A stretch of DNA of 64,000 nt from Macrostomum lignano (taxonomy: Eukaryota): assembly GCA_002269645.1 (NCBI GenBank), contig NIVC01002067.1, forward strand, positions 1 to 64,000. The letters run 5' to 3'. How positions within the stretch are numbered: position 1 is the first letter of the stretch; each line of letters starts with the position of its first letter. The position numbers were made by a program, and so were the translations under genes. Shown here in pieces: positions 63,644 to 64,000 of this stretch. The notes under the pieces were generated by a model. It worked only from the letters and a program-made list of their open reading frames with translations, had not been told where the DNA came from and ran no database searches.

Positions 63644-64000
63644 TCAGATCTCGAGCTCCATACCGATGTCAGGCAGATCCGGGTCGCCTTCAGACAGCAC
63701 TTCCGGATGGCGGAGGCTCGGCTCGAACAATTGGCTGCCGCGCAGGTCAGGCTGAGCAGCGGCTGGCTGTTCTGGAGCGGGCTGATCGGCTGGGTCGACT
63801 TCGCTTTCGTCACTCGACTCGAAGGGCAGCATTGGCCGCTCTGTCTGGCGCGGCGGCTCCTGCGGTCGATCTGCCATAATCTGCGGCACCTTTATGATGT
63901 TGTTGCGGTGTACGAGCATTTCAGCTGGGCGTCCACGTCGGGCTGTTGCTGGCTGGATCCAGTAGGCTACTTCGCCGACCCTCCTGTTGACCTTGTACAT
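63644..64000 (-). mobile_element. Ty3/Gypsy pol C-terminus (post-integrase GPY/F-type region), 5'-partial
   Basis: YKVNRRVGEVAYWIQP...MLVHRNNI matches the conserved Y.V...G.V.Y.I...VH.N motif that follows Gypsy integrases. Confidence 0.7.

Overview
Eukaryotic (animal) genomic DNA. It resembles a repeat-rich invertebrate, possibly a flatworm such as Macrostomum, though the species is my inference only. (1) 5.3-24.0 kb: 13 exons of a canonical beta-spectrin gene (+) running from the end of CH2 through the spectrin repeats to the PH domain; the 5' exons lie upstream of the window. 11 of its 12 introns contain their own unrelated minisatellite. (2) 25.8-47.4 kb: a 21.6-kb nest of non-autonomous Helitrons on the minus strand (5'-TC...hairpin-CTAG-3'). 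Five diverged copies are joined head-to-tail with no spacer and are inserted at an A^T site inside the satellite of a sixth copy. Every copy carries two internal satellite arrays and a tRNA-Gln-like A-box/B-box/oligo-T Pol III cassette, and one copy has a different satellite in the same slot. (3) 47.9-64 kb: a frameshifted C-type lectin/apple-like gene, an intronless LRAT/PLAAT-family gene with a coding 24-bp repeat, an AP-1/CRE/CCAAT/TATA promoter-like block, a RING-finger gene, a minimal hammerhead-like motif, a hAT-like MITE, a deleted mariner, and the 3' end of a Ty3/Gypsy element with an extra ORF after pol. All calls were made by eye; no searches were run, and repeat boundaries are approximate.
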